Shown here piece by piece: positions 11,138-23,400 of a stretch of DNA of 64,000 nt; position 1 is the first letter of the stretch; every line of letters starts with the position of its first letter. The notes below the pieces were generated by a model. The model saw nothing but the letters and a program-made list of their open reading frames with translations. It was not told the DNA's origin and made no database searches. The translations under genes were made by a program, and so were the position numbers. Location: contig NIVC01001113.1 of assembly GCA_002269645.1 (NCBI GenBank), positions 186,001-250,000 on the forward strand, given 5' to 3'. The stretch comes from Macrostomum lignano (lineage: Eukaryota).

Positions 11138-14100
11138 ATGGCGTCGCTGTCTCGAGAGAACCTGCGGGAGCTTCCCTGGACAGAGGACAAATTCGAGGCC
11201 TGGATCGAGCGGTTTGAAGCCGTCTGCAGGAGATCCGGCGTGAAGGATGAGAAGGAGGAAGGGTTTTCGCCCAAGACCGACTTCTTCATAAGCCTCATGG
11301 GGGAAACTGCCTACGACAAGCTGCGGAACCTGGTCGCTCCGGCGAAGCCAGAGAACAAGACCTTCAAGGAATTGAAGGATGAAATTGAGAAGCATGTCGT
11401 GCCGCAGAAGAAACTGGTTGTAGCTGAGCGCTACAAGTTTAACTTACTGAAGCAAGATGAATACGAATCAGCGGCAGATTTTGAAAACAGGTTACGTGCT
11501 CAAGCAGACCGATGTCAATTCGGAGATTTCCTACAGGAAGCTTTGCGAGACAGATTCGTGGCAGGACTGCGCAGTGAGTCGGTGGTGAAAGAGCTGCTTA
11601 TCAAAGACCCGCTGACCCTGGAGCTGGCAGTGGAGACTGCCACGGCGCAAGAGCAAGTAAGCAAAAGTGCCTTAAGCGCTAATGGAAAGGTGGAAACAGT
11701 CAGTGCGACCAAGGGCAGAGTACGACAACAAAACAGGGCCCAAGCTCAGGGACGCACATTCAGCAATGCTTGCAATTTCTGTATGAAGAGGCACCCGCCA
11801 AAGGCATGCCCTGCGTTTGGAGCAAAATGTCGAAAATGTGGGAAAATGAACCATTTTGAAGCTGCATGTAAGCTTAACAAGCCAGCTAGCTCACATGGAA
11901 GGATGGCATCCGGCTCCATCAAAGGAAAGCTGTCAATGCGAGAGTGTGCAGGAATCGAGGAGGATAAACCAGCCAAGGACAATAAGCTTTTTAGCTTATG
12001 CGATGACCGGGACAGATCAAGCGTCTGGATCAATGTAAAACTGAACGATAAGGACGTTGCTATGATGGTGGACTCTGGAGCATCAGTGACCTGCATTTCT
12101 AAGATTTTGGCTGAACAACTAGGACTGCATTGGACAGACCCAAACGTGACTAACATCATATGGAGGACAAGACCTACCAGTATGTGGTACCGCAGATGTT
12201 CGAGTTCAGACCGAAGATGAAAGTGAGTGCTCATTACCTGTGGTAGTCATGGATATGAACGCAAAGCCGGTTATTGGCCGAAATTGGTTTAGTAGTTTGG
12301 GTATCGAAGTTACCAAACGCCGTTGTCAAGCTTCAGTGGCTTATAAGCGAATTCAAGTGAAGTTGGAAGTACGAGAAAACACGAGACCGGTGGTCGAGGG
12401 CCCGACCACTCCCATTTTCGCTGGTACCAGCCGTTAAGGAAAGATTAGAAGATCTGGAAAAGCGGAAGATAATTGAAAAAGTAGAACAGCCGGTGTTCGC
12501 TAGTCCGATTGTGGTCGTTCCCAAAAGCTCGGGAGACATCAGGCTGTGTGGAGACTATAGACGGGTCAACCAGTTTTTACGGCTACCGCCAATCGATATG
12601 CCAACAAAGGCGGATGTGCAACGAGCCATCTCAGGATGCAGCCGTTTCACTGTGCTAGATTTGAAGGATGCATACCATAACCTGGAGCTGTGCGAGGACT
12701 CACGGGATATCACTACTATCGCAACACCTTTTGGTTACTTTCGGTACAGGGTATTACCATACGGACTGTCATCTGCTCCTGGATTGTTTCAGAACACACT
12801 ATGCGAGTTGCTTCGGGATGTCCTCGGAGTGGTGATGTTCATTGACGACATTCTAGTCTGTGGAAAAAACCGGGAAATTTAGCCGAGAAGACGGAAATAA
12901 TACTTAAAAGGCTGCAAGAAAATGACATCACACTGAATGCTAAGAAGTGCCAGTTCGACAAGGAGGAGGTCGAGTTTCTAGCCCTTAAGATCTCAAAGGA
13001 TGGATGCTGCATGAACGAGGATAAGGTAACGGCAATACAAAGCATGGAAGATCCAAGAAACCAGGAAGAGCTGAGAACTTTTCTGGGACTGATAAATTTC
13101 TATGCGCCGTTCATTCCGCAAGTGGCCACGAAGACTGCCATTCTGTATGACCTGCTGAAGAAAGATGTCAGCTGGACATGGCACGAAGAACACACAAAGG
13201 CCGTGATGCAATTGAAGCAGGACATTACATCAAGGCAGGTGCTAGCGCCGTACGATCCAAGTGAGGAGCTAACTCTGACTACAGATGCATCGCCCTACGG
13301 CATTGGAGGAGTGCTGGAGCAGAAAGGAAGGCCTGTAGCGTTTGTGTCTAAGAAACTCACACCTGCCGAGTCGCGATACAGCCAACTTGAACAAGAAGCT
13401 CTTGGTGTGGTTTGGTGCGTCAAGAAGTTAAATAGATTTCTGGCCTATCGAAGTTTTGTGATTGTGACAGATCACAGACCGCTAGAATTTCTGTTCGCAT
13501 CTCACAAGGACCTGCCTGAAAGAGCAAGCAAACGAGTGCAGCGCTGGGCGGAACTGCTTGCAACGTACCAATATAACATCAGAGGGAAAAGGACACACGA
13601 AATTCCACATGCAGACGCGCTATCAAGACTCCCAACTGAGGGAAACAACTGGAGTGATGGGTCAGCGACTGAAGCAGTGAACGAAATCGCTGCGGTGGAT
13701 ATCTCCCTGTCCGACGAAGGACCAGTCACTGCGGATCAAATAGAACAGGCAACCCGAAAAGACGTGGAGATCCAAGAAGTTCTAGGTCGTTTGCGATCTG
13801 GGGAAGATATTCCAGAGCCGTTCCGAAGAGTGCAGAATAGACTGAGCTGCGAGGATAACCTACTGCTATTTGATCAACGAATTGCCATCCCGTCAAAGTT
13901 AAGAGCACACGTTATGCGCTTTCTCCATGATTCCCATCCAGGAATTCAAGCAATGAAGGCTTGGGCGCGGCAGTATGTGTGGTGGCCAAATATGGAGGCG
14001 GAGATTGAAAAGTGCGTGGCCGAGTGTCACACGTGTCAACGCCTAAGACCGTCACAGAAAGCTGTGCTCAGACCGTGGCCAGTACCAAAGGAAGCCTGGT

Positions 14101-14856
14101 GCCGAGTGCATGCTGACCTAGGTCAATTAGAAGGAAGAAATTTTCTCGTGGTCTCGGACGCCAAGACTGGATTTATTAGCGCCGAATGGGTTCGTGATAC
14201 TGATGCGGCAGCCATCATCAAAGTGCTGCGAAGAACGTTTTGCAACTTTGGCATCCCGGAAGTACTGGTTACTGACAATGGACCACAGTTCGTTGCAAGT
14301 GAAACAGAAGCCTGGTTGAAGCGAATTGGAGTGCTATACCTCAAGTCACCCAGATACCATCCCGCTTCGAATGGAGTAGCCGAGGTAGCAGTGAAAAAGC
14401 TGAAGACCAAGCTAAAACAGCTAAACGATCCAGACCCGGAAGTTCGAATGCAACAAGCTTTGTACGCCATTCGAATCTGCCCAAGAGCCAACGGTGTCGC
14501 TCCGTGTCGAGAAATGTTTGGGCGCCAGTTTAATACTAGACTGTCACTGCTACATCGTCGGTCGTTCCAGGACAAGAAACACAGATCAAATTCACAGTCC
14601 TGTTTGGGTCCAAGATCCCTTCAACAAGGAGTGGAGGGAGGGAGTACTTCAAGAAGCGGTTGGAGAACAGCTGAGACGAGTACAGGACCATAGAGGACGA
14701 GATCTGGTAGTGCACCGGAACCATGTCAGAGACAGAGCCGAGGCTGAAACCCACAAGCCTATCGAAGACGATGAAGAACCAAGTTCAATTCAACCTTCGG
14801 AGTCCAGGTACCCAGTGCGGATCCGGAGAGCACCGGACAGGTACCAAGCATCTTGA
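11138..14856 (+). pseudogene. gag-pol polyprotein interrupted by ~4 single-base frameshifts (near 12150, 12405, 12875, 14555)
   Basis: Gag WIERFEAVC; protease MVDSGAS; RT ASPIVVVPK/LCGDYRRVN/LDLKDAY/LPYGLSSAPGLFQ/FIDDILV; RNaseH TDASPYGIGGVL, YSQLEQEAL, TDHRPL; integrase HDSHPG...CHTC, RVHADL, VTDNGPQF, SNGVAE. Confidence 0.92.
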
Positions 14857-14868
14857 AGGAAAGAGGGA
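14855..14868 (+). promoter_or_regulatory. Polypurine tract
   Basis: GAAGGAAAGAGGGA immediately before the 3' LTR TG at 14869. Confidence 0.9.
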
Positions 14869-15126
14869 TGATATGACGTGACTATAATATTGATATTATT
14901 TTAATTGCATATGCAGTTTGACGCGTTTTGTTTTATCTATGGACTAAATGAAGCTGCAAAACAGGCTTGGGTTAAAAGCCCGCTGTGAGAATGTGAAATA
15001 AAGAGGAATAAGAGCAAGACAAAGAACCTTGGAGCCGCGGAAACGTCTGCTAGGATATCAGCACTAATAATTAATGCCTTAAGTAGCTCGTATATTGAAG
15101 ACTTTAAGTAACCTGAAAACATAACA
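14869..15126 (+). repeat. 3' LTR (258 bp)
   Basis: TGATATGAC...CATAACA; matches 10889-11137. Confidence 0.95.
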
Positions 15127-15559
15127 GGTATGTTTTTGTTACTATACGATCTATTCGTGGTAACTGGGTGGAGAGTATTTGCTTCCTGTCTTGATTTAAT
15201 AAGAACCCTGAGACAGTTGGCTGACCAAGCCAGCTGTCAATGCATTTATTCTAAAAAAGTGATAAATTTTTGTTACCTTGCCTGACAATATGCTATTGCT
15301 GGAGTAGCTAATTTATGATAGTGTTATGCAAAGCTGGAAAAGAAGTCGCTTTGATTTAAACTATCAGAAGTATATCGATGCAGGAGAGACAAAGATGTAG
15401 TAGAGAGGGGTCACAAACAGAGATGGGGCCGTGTATTGAAATTAAATTTGAACTTTTTGCGCAAGCTATTCTGTGTGCAGTTTAAACAGTGATTATGCAA
15501 TCTAGTAGTTCTACCTCATTAGTACATGCAGATATATAATTTTAGCATATTACTTTTGG

Positions 15560-15750
15560 TGAAAACGCGATCAAAATCGGTGAAGAATTGCAGTCTCTAG
15601 AGCGTTATGGACATTCAAACATACAAATCTTAGAGATTTAGTATATTTAGATTTTAAGAAAATCGGTCAAGGACAGTGAGCTCTAGAGCTTTATGGACAA
15701 GCAAGCAAGCAAGCAAACAAACCTTAGAGATTTAGTATATTTGGATTAGA
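15560..15750 (-). mobile_element. Two tandem short Helitron-like 5' terminal fragments
   Basis: Each reads AAAATCGGT...GAGATTTAGTATATTT(A/G)GAT, i.e. A|TC(T/C)AAATATACTAAATC on minus, the same end motif as at 58520-58538. Confidence 0.5.
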
Positions 15751-16581
15751 GATTAAGTATAAATAAGTGCCACATTGAGTTCGGGCTCGAGATGACCTAT
15801 GGATCTGGCAGCAAATTTCGCTTTAAGCATGACGGTGTAAAAGTTTAAGATCTTGCTTGTTATTCGCGCTCACAAGCCAAATGTACCCCCGCCTCCACAA
15901 TCCAGCAGGGGGTGCAGTGAACTAAAACTGGAGGGGCAGTAGATAAGATGCAAGCAAATTTAGCGAATACGCAGATTTTTTCTTTTTTACCTGTGGGCCG
16001 CATATGGACTGAAATAAAAGTGCAGAATATAATGGCATGCGAAAAATGATAATGAGGGAGCTATTTGCTAAGCAAGCAATGAATTGAGATTTATAACTCG
16101 ATTTAAGTAAAAAATGGTTAATTATTAAAAGTTTCCACTTGAATCAGGCAAAACGGAGAGATCGCGATCAATTCTGCTGCGCATCATCCTCGCCCTCTTG
16201 CTGCCATCCAGGTTGCGCATGAATATGGCTGCAGGCCCGGAGAAATGCAGCATTGCTGCCATTCGCTACACTGCGAGCACTCAATAGCTTCCTCTCCATT
16301 GACAACAGGCTGTACACACACTACACATGGGTATGCACCTGCCATTTTAATGATACATGTATTTCTAGATCAAAAACTATTTAAGCTCCGATATCAGATA
16401 ATCAGTTTTTATTGTATAGATATGCTATTCTAATACAATTATAGATAAACAGAAAATTCAAATTCCGGACCCGTATCAGTGGGGGATAACTGCTATTTGA
16501 TGAGCGCCCAGCCAATGAGAGTTCTGGCATTTTTGGAAGAGCGATCAATCCACTGCAAAAATGAATTTTATGGTAAAAAAT

Positions 16582-16768
16582 CACTGTTTCTTACCCACTG
16601 TTTCACCCACTGTTTCACCCACTGTTTCACCCACTGTTCCACCCACTGTTTCACCCACTGTTCCACCCACTGTTTCACCCACTGTTTCACCCACTGTTTC
16701 ACCCACTGTTCCACCCACTGTTTCACCCACTGTTTCACCCACTGTTCCACCCACTGTTTCTCACCCAT
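16582..16768. repeat. 12-nt minisatellite CCCACTGTT(T/C)CA, ~15 copies
   Basis: Directly visible; produces the spurious HCFT/PTVS ORFs. Confidence 0.95.
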
Positions 16769-16789
16769 TGTTTCTCGGAGAGTGGATAG

Positions 16790-17383
16790 AGAGTGAGAGT
16801 GGAGAGAGGGTGAGAGTTGAAAGAGAGGCTGAAAGTGGAGAGAGGGTGAGAGTTAAAAGAGAGGCTGAAAGTGGAGAGAGGGTGAGAGTTGAAAGAGACT
16901 GAGAGTGAGAGTAGAGGCTGAGAGTAAAGAGAGAGGCTGAAAGTGGAGAGAGGGTGAGAGTTGAAAGAGAGGCTGAAAGTGGAGAGAGGGTGAGAGTTGA
17001 AAGAGACTGAGAGTAGAGGCTGAGAGTACAGAGAGGCTGAAAGTGGAGAGAGGGTGAGAGTTGAAAGAGACTGAGAGTAGAGGCTGAGAGTAAAGAGAGA
17101 GGCTGAAAGTGGAGAGAGGGTGAGAGTTGAAAGAGACCGAGAGTAGAGGCTGAGAGTAAAAAGAGAGGCTGAAAGTGGAGAGAGGGTGAGAGTTGAAAGA
17201 GACTGAGAGTAGAGGCTGAGAGCAAAGAGAGGCTGAGAGTGGAGAGAGGGTGAGAGTTGAAAGAGACTGAGAGTAGAGGCTGAGAGTACAGAGAGGCTGA
17301 AAGTGGAGAGAGGGTGAGAGTTGAGAGAGACTGAGAGTGGAGGGAGGGTGAGAGAGGAGAGAGTGTGAGAGAATTAAAGAGAG
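16790..17383. repeat. GA-rich compound minisatellite (GAGAGGCTGAAAGTGGAGAGAGGGTGAGAGTTGAAA core, ~36-66 nt units)
   Basis: Directly visible tandem units. Confidence 0.9.
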
Positions 17384-17391
17384 ACCTCGAG

Positions 17392-17723
17392 CAGCGGTGT
17401 CGGAACATATTTCAAAGTGGGGGGGGGCTATTGTTGGGAGGGCACATTTCACATAATTTCTTTTTCTTTTAATCTAAGGGCACCCAAACTCCTGATGTTA
17501 GCTATATCAGTTTGTGAAATTGTCCTCTCCTCTCCTCTCCTCACCTATCTCTCTCCTCTCTCCTCTCCTCTCCTCACCTATCTCCTCACCTATCTCCTCT
17601 CCTCTCCTCTCCTCTCCTCACCTATCTCCTCTCCTCTCTCCTCAAAAAGGGCACTTGATGGATCATGCTAAAAAGTGGGGGGGGGCTCCAGCCCCCCGTG
17701 ACCCCCGGTTCCGACCACCCCTG
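17392..17723. mobile_element. hAT-type MITE (332 bp) containing a (CTCCT)n tract
   Basis: TIRs CAGCGGTGTCGGAAC / GTTCCGACCACCCCTG. Perfect 8-bp target-site duplication ACCTCGAG at 17384-17391 and 17724-17731. Confidence 0.9.
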
Positions 17724-20199
17724 ACCTCGAGAGATGATTTCCTGATCCATATATTTAGCTGTACAGAGCATGGATATACATGTATCTATCACACAATGCG
17801 CATACTGTGTACCAGGTCGATCATTGCCAATTGATTGCATGGTAAATTAAAAGCAAGTTTAGCGATATACTGTCCGTCTGTTGTATGGTAGGGATCAGAA
17901 CTGCATGTTACATGCACGAGTACACTGGTACCCAATGTGATGTACAGTACAAATGTAAATTGTAGCTATTATTCGTTCAAATAGTTTTAGAACGTATTTT
18001 TTAATAAACAGGGAGAACATCCAAAATCAAAGTAAACGATTACATGTACATGTGATGTGCATGCATTTTCGTGCCATACATTTTGATTGTATTAAGAGCG
18101 ATCAGAGTAACTTTTGAGTGAGTGATCAGTGTGCAAGTGAGTGAGTGAGCGAGTGAGATACATGTAGAGGGTGAGAGAGTGAGTGAGTTAGTGATTGAGT
18201 GATTTAAAGTGAGCATGAAAGCTGCTTAACAGGCCTCGTACAACTCGATCGAGGCCCAGCTCGTACATATCACGGACTACAATTTAGTGTCGTTTAATTT
18301 TATAGGAAGCCTGTACATGTACACGTAATAAAAACGGTATGGCTGCACGACTCACCATCCCGTAACCTCTAAATACAAGTGCATGTTAACCTGCCTGCCT
18401 GCGATCGAATTGGCAAATTTGCATTGGCAATCGGACATGCTCGAATCACACATGAAAACTCACATTATAACAAATTATACCAATGACAACCAACTCAAGG
18501 ACCACATTCGAAACTGCGAATTAAGAATGCAGTTAAGTCAAGAGCCTTTTTCACAGCTTTCTACTAATAGTAGCTGTTTATTTAGGATTGATAGTTCCTT
18601 TACAATTCAAATTGAATGAAAAAAACGAGGAGGGCTCACTCACCCACCCGGCCCGCTCACCGGTTCCTCTCTCGCGGCCTTGTCGTCCCCATCTCACCCC
18701 TCCCCCAGCACCATCCAATAACATGGCGAGCCAAATTCCTCCCCCTAGCTCCCCCAAATGTGGCGGTCTTGGTGTGTGGCGGTCTTGGTCCTACACCGTA
18801 GCTTAACTCCTTAAGCCATTGTGTTGTGTGTTTCAGAATTAGGACTTGGGTCAGGACTGTACATTAGACTAGCTAACTGGTAGGAAGTATTTAAAAAGTT
18901 TTAAAAAAATTTATTTTTAGGAATATATTTTGTACAAGCAAGCAAGGAAGATTTTTATTTTTAGTATAGTATATTAGATAAGTATAAATATAATCATATA
19001 TCTATAAAAATAACCATATTTATAATAATCTCATAATAAGCATGGTAGGTTTCACTTCTCCAGAGCTCATCAAGTTGGCCTTTCAGTTCAGGTCATTTAT
19101 ATTACTAGGGCAGTTTTTAGTTGCCCAAAATTGAATGTCTTTCTGGGCATGAATCCAACATAGCACTGATAGCAGATGCTTCTTGCTGTCCTATAAATAA
19201 TCTTTCTTGTAAATGGCATTAACAATTGATAACTCGTAGTTAATAAAATAGACTATTTTAATTGGCTAATGCAGGCACTTGCCAAAATATAAGTGAAAAT
19301 CAGCATGGGTTGTCTCATCCTTAGATAAATATATCAAAAAGGTGGCTAGCAAAACTGGTACTATTTGCTATGCTAACAAAAGCATAACATGGTAAAAGCC
19401 CAAAGGTCAATATGCTTAGAAAAAATCGAAATCCTAGGTTGTATCATAGCAAGGCACATTCTTTGTGCTCATGTTTTGCATTTTCAATAACTGATTTAGT
19501 AAATTAAGAGCCTCTAGTAATGCTGTCTTTATTGTTACATAAAGTTCTACCTACATTCTAAGTTTAGCTAGGGCCTATACTTTATATTTCATAAAGGCTA
19601 GGCCCTAAAGTATATAGCCTTTCAGGTCATTGCAAAGTGTGCAAGGCGATCTATAATTGTATGAGTAATAATGTTTTTAAATTCGTGCCTAAACGCTAAG
19701 TAAATAGTTTGTTATACTGTACGATTTTCTCATAATATTTTACAAATATAATTTTTGTTTTAAATCTACAAGTAAAATAGTATAAATAGAAGCAATTTTG
19801 GCGGAGGAAGAAGCAACCTCGCGCATCGCGGTTCGCAATAAGCAATTGATAGCAAATAGAAGAGTTCCAAGAAAATAAGAATTGAAGAAGTGTTTTCTGT
19901 ATTCATTCCTTTAAGAAGTAAGAGTGAAGTAGATGGAGGTGTGTACCGTATATACTACCAAGAAGGAAAGTGTTGAGTAGTAAGAAGTTGCGAAGTAGAT
20001 CTGAAGTAAGACGTGTAAGAATAACGGAGGCTGTGACCCTCTGATCTCGGTAACGCCCAAGGACTTGCAAAGTACATGGAATACATATACCAGTAAGCCA
20101 AAATACTGCTCAGGCCATTAGATAAGTAGAACGCTACCAGAATAATCAGAAGAGTAAAATCTTTCAGGGCTAACAGTTTTTCAAAGACTAATACTCAGA

Positions 20200-20266
20200 C
20201 TAAATACTCAGACTAAATACTCAGACCAAATACTCAGACTAAATACTCAGACTAAATACTCAGACC
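20200..20266. repeat. 13-nt tandem repeat TAAATACTCAGAC, ~5 copies
   Basis: Directly visible. Confidence 0.9.
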
Positions 20267-20984
20267 TATTCTAAGAAACATTTCTCGGATTATTCTAAGA
20301 TTGATAAACTCATAATTTATTAATAGGATAATCCTGGTGGCAGCTACCAACCTAAGAACACTTAAGAGATTAGTAAATTAGCCCTGTGATAGCTTTTGGT
20401 GACAGTGTGAAATTATTATTAAGAAGAAAGAATCTGAATCACCCCTGTTACAACTTTGGTGGCATTTAGTAGGATTCTCAGTGCACAGGAAACACACCTA
20501 GTACAACTTTGGTGGCATAACGGTGAAATTCTTATAGAGAGCCAAAAGGCCTGTAACAACTTGGTGGCAGCAGTGGGATTTTGTATCGTACGGGAACACC
20601 CCTGTAACAAAAGTAACACACAGTTTAACCACATTGTCTCAAAGAAGTTGAGCATTGCTTGCACCATGCAGCTTTGTATTAAACATTTCTTTATATTAGA
20701 CAAATTTCTTGCCTTTAGGATGGCATTATGATGAGTTTTAGTCTTAGCTATTATCTATAGGCTTATGATAAATTTAAGAAACAGATTTCTCTAGATTAAT
20801 TATAACCTCAAAGTATATTTCATCAAGCACACTGGGACATGTGCTAGGCCTAATATGTGGCCTTTGACATGATTGATGGCTCTTACCATATGGCTTTAGA
20901 GTAGTCTATGCATCACCTATGTACACATTAAGCTTCTAACATAGCAGTGCCTCAGGGTGGTTAGAGCTAGCTAGCTCAAATACG

Positions 20985-21572
20985 GGGTGCTTTCACAAGG
21001 TCGAAATTTCACAACGTCGAAAAGTAAATTATTTCACAAGGTCAAAACTTCACAAGGTCAAAATTTCACAACATCAAAACCTTTAGCAAAGGATTTCATA
21101 AGGTTGAAATTTCACAACGCAGAAAGCTCAAATGTCAGCCACTTTCACAAGGTTGAAATTTCACAAGATCAAAATTTCACAACACCAAAAACTCTAGCAA
21201 GAGATTTCATAAAGTCAAAATTTCACAAGGTCAAAATTTCATAACATCAAAAACTCAAATAGCATCCACTTTCACAAGGTCAAAACTTCACAAGCTCAAA
21301 ATTTCACAACGTCAAAAATTTAATATAACAATAGGCCTAGCTATATAATAGTTTTCTACGTTGTGAAATTTTGACCTTGTGAAGTTTTAACCTTATGAAG
21401 TCTCTTGCTAAAGTTTTCAATATTGTGAAATTTCAACCATGTGAAGTTTCAACCTTGTGAAAGTAGTTGCTATTTGAGTTTTCGATGTTATAAAATTTCG
21501 ACCTTGTGAAATCAATCTTGTGAAAGAAGGTGCTTTCGATGTTGTGAAATTTTGAGTTTATGAAACCCCCCC
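20985..21572. mobile_element. Foldback-like element whose inverted arms are built from ~15-nt subrepeats (AAATTTCACAAGGTC)
   Basis: Forward units at ~20990-21317, reverse-complement units (GACCTTGTGAAATTT) at ~21356-21565, and a ~40-nt AT-rich spacer. Ends are GGGGTGCTTTCA / TGAAACCCC. Confidence 0.75.
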
Positions 21573-22142
21573 CCCTAAAATACATAGTGCTAGAAAGTTA
21601 TACCATTACCCTGCTTATTGATTTTTTATGGTACATTGTAGGCCTTCTTTATTAATAGATATGCCTAGTCAATGTTTAAAGGCAGCAGCTTCTGAGCTCC
21701 ATTATTGCACCATTAATACTAGTCACAGAGGTAGTACTTGTCTCCTAAAATAATGTTTTGAGTTAATTAGTTAATAACCGGTAATATATTATGATTGAAT
21801 AAAAATATAATTTATATATTTTATATTTGTTTAGGTATTATTTTCCATATATTAAAAATATAATACAATATTAAATTGATAGTACAAGCATTCACGCTAT
21901 TTTAGCATATTGGTTCTTGAGTTTATATTAGCTTCAATTCAAAGGGTGGCCTTCAACTTTATTTTGTTTCAAAACTCAAATACTTAAATATAGAAAGTGG
22001 TGTCTCAAATATTTAAATTTATAAGAAGATAATCATTTGAGCCATTTTTGCAAAAATCAATCATATACCCATATTTTTACCTACCTATTGATTATTGATA
22101 GACCATTTTTGTATATAGATAACAATAAAAGATTAAGCTTTT

Positions 22143-22918
22143 GGGCCATTCCATATAATTATGGTCGTAACATGACAGGCTATTTTTACTTATAAAATGA
22201 AATCTAATAATAGAATATACTAAACCAATATTTTGAATAAAGGATTATTTTGTCAAGAATATATTTATATAGTTTCATATAGATATCATCATTAGTATAG
22301 ATGCTATTAAACCTTGAATGGCACTTATGGTCGTAACAACAAGATTTTTGACACATAGAAACTAAAAAATAAAAGTCTTATAACATTTTTCATTTTTGAT
22401 ATTTTGCAATACATTTTTTCAATTTGACCAAGAACATCTTTAGAAATCATATTCTTTTATTAGAATATATAAACTCATAAAGGCAACAAAGATACAAAAG
22501 AAAAGGTACAAAAGTTGTAACATTATAGTCGTAACATATTTTTCTGTCAATTCAGAAACTGAGGTATCAATATATTAAAAATATAATAGAATATATGGTC
22601 GCTATTGTTTTTATCTGATTATGCAAGTACTATAATTTTATGTATAGTTTGTTTCAACCTCCTAAAGCTTTCTATTTGTTTTTAAAAGGTACACAATGTT
22701 AATGATGTCTTTTGCTTAGAAAAATGTCCAAATTTTTCCAAAAATGACTTTTTGCCAATTGATAATATATTAATCCAACATTTTACCAATAATATATTCT
22801 TAGATTGTATATATTACACACTTAAAACATTTGGAAAAAAATGACTGATAAGGCAATGGTAAGCAAAAATATTGACTTTTCTATTTTCCAAATATATCCA
22901 TCTTATCTGGAATGAGCC
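22143..22918. mobile_element. Possible old AT-rich MITE
   Basis: Imperfect 16-bp TIR (GGGCCATTCCATATAA vs GGCTCATTCCAGATAA, 13/16). Internal motif TTAT(G/A)GTCGTAACA occurs three times. Confidence 0.35.
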
Positions 22919-23257
22919 TTTTATCTATAGGCCCTAGCTTGGATGCTAGCAAATTAAATTACAAAAATTGACAACAAATTTTATTAAGAAAACAGAAACC
23001 TTTTTTTCATTAATAAGAATGTTCATTTTATTTAGTGAATTTGCAATTTGGTCATGATTATATGCTATACTATCCTTTATGCCACATAGTAAATATACAA
23101 TTTGCTATGCCTACCAAGTGTGCAGCTACATGTTGATAGAAATTGCTCTGCGCTGCATGCTTAAAAGCCCATGTGCATGGGAATTTTTACTAAAAAAGGC
23201 TTCCACAAGACAATGAGCTGAGGAAATTGTTGCACTAGCTACTTGCTATGTGGTGGA

Positions 23258-23400
23258 TGCTTGCTATATAGGAGATTTTGCTATTGTATTTTGGGGGATT
23301 ACTTGCTTTTGGGGGAATGTTTGCTATCTAAGGATGCTTGATATTCTATTTAGGGGGGGGGATACTTGCTATTGGCTTTAAGGGATGCTTGCTATTGTAT
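23258..23400. repeat. Degenerate GGGGATGCTTGCTAT minisatellite, reverse complement of the Helitron-borne repeat at 56035-56265
   Basis: Repeated (G)nATGCTTGCTAT / ATACTTGCTAT units. Confidence 0.55.

Larger units (their letters stand above)
10889..15126 (+). mobile_element. Ty3/Gypsy LTR retrotransposon, Mag-like, nearly full length
   Basis: Two near-identical TG...CA LTRs, PBS, PPT, and gag-protease-RT-RNaseH-integrase order. The double zinc knuckle CNFCMKRHPPKAC/CRKCGKMNHFEAAC is typical of Mag-group elements. Confidence 0.95.

Noticed and set aside
10878-15140. TGTTTTT on both flanks of the Mag element as a TSD
   Set aside because: On the right it is separated from the LTR end by GGTA, so it is not a direct-abutting 4-6 bp duplication.
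19060-19990. Faint resemblance to a KRBA2/SCAND3-type integrase (…ELIK.WP…; VDGGVYRIYY)
   Set aside because: Requires several frameshifts and only a few residues match; cannot be supported without a profile search.
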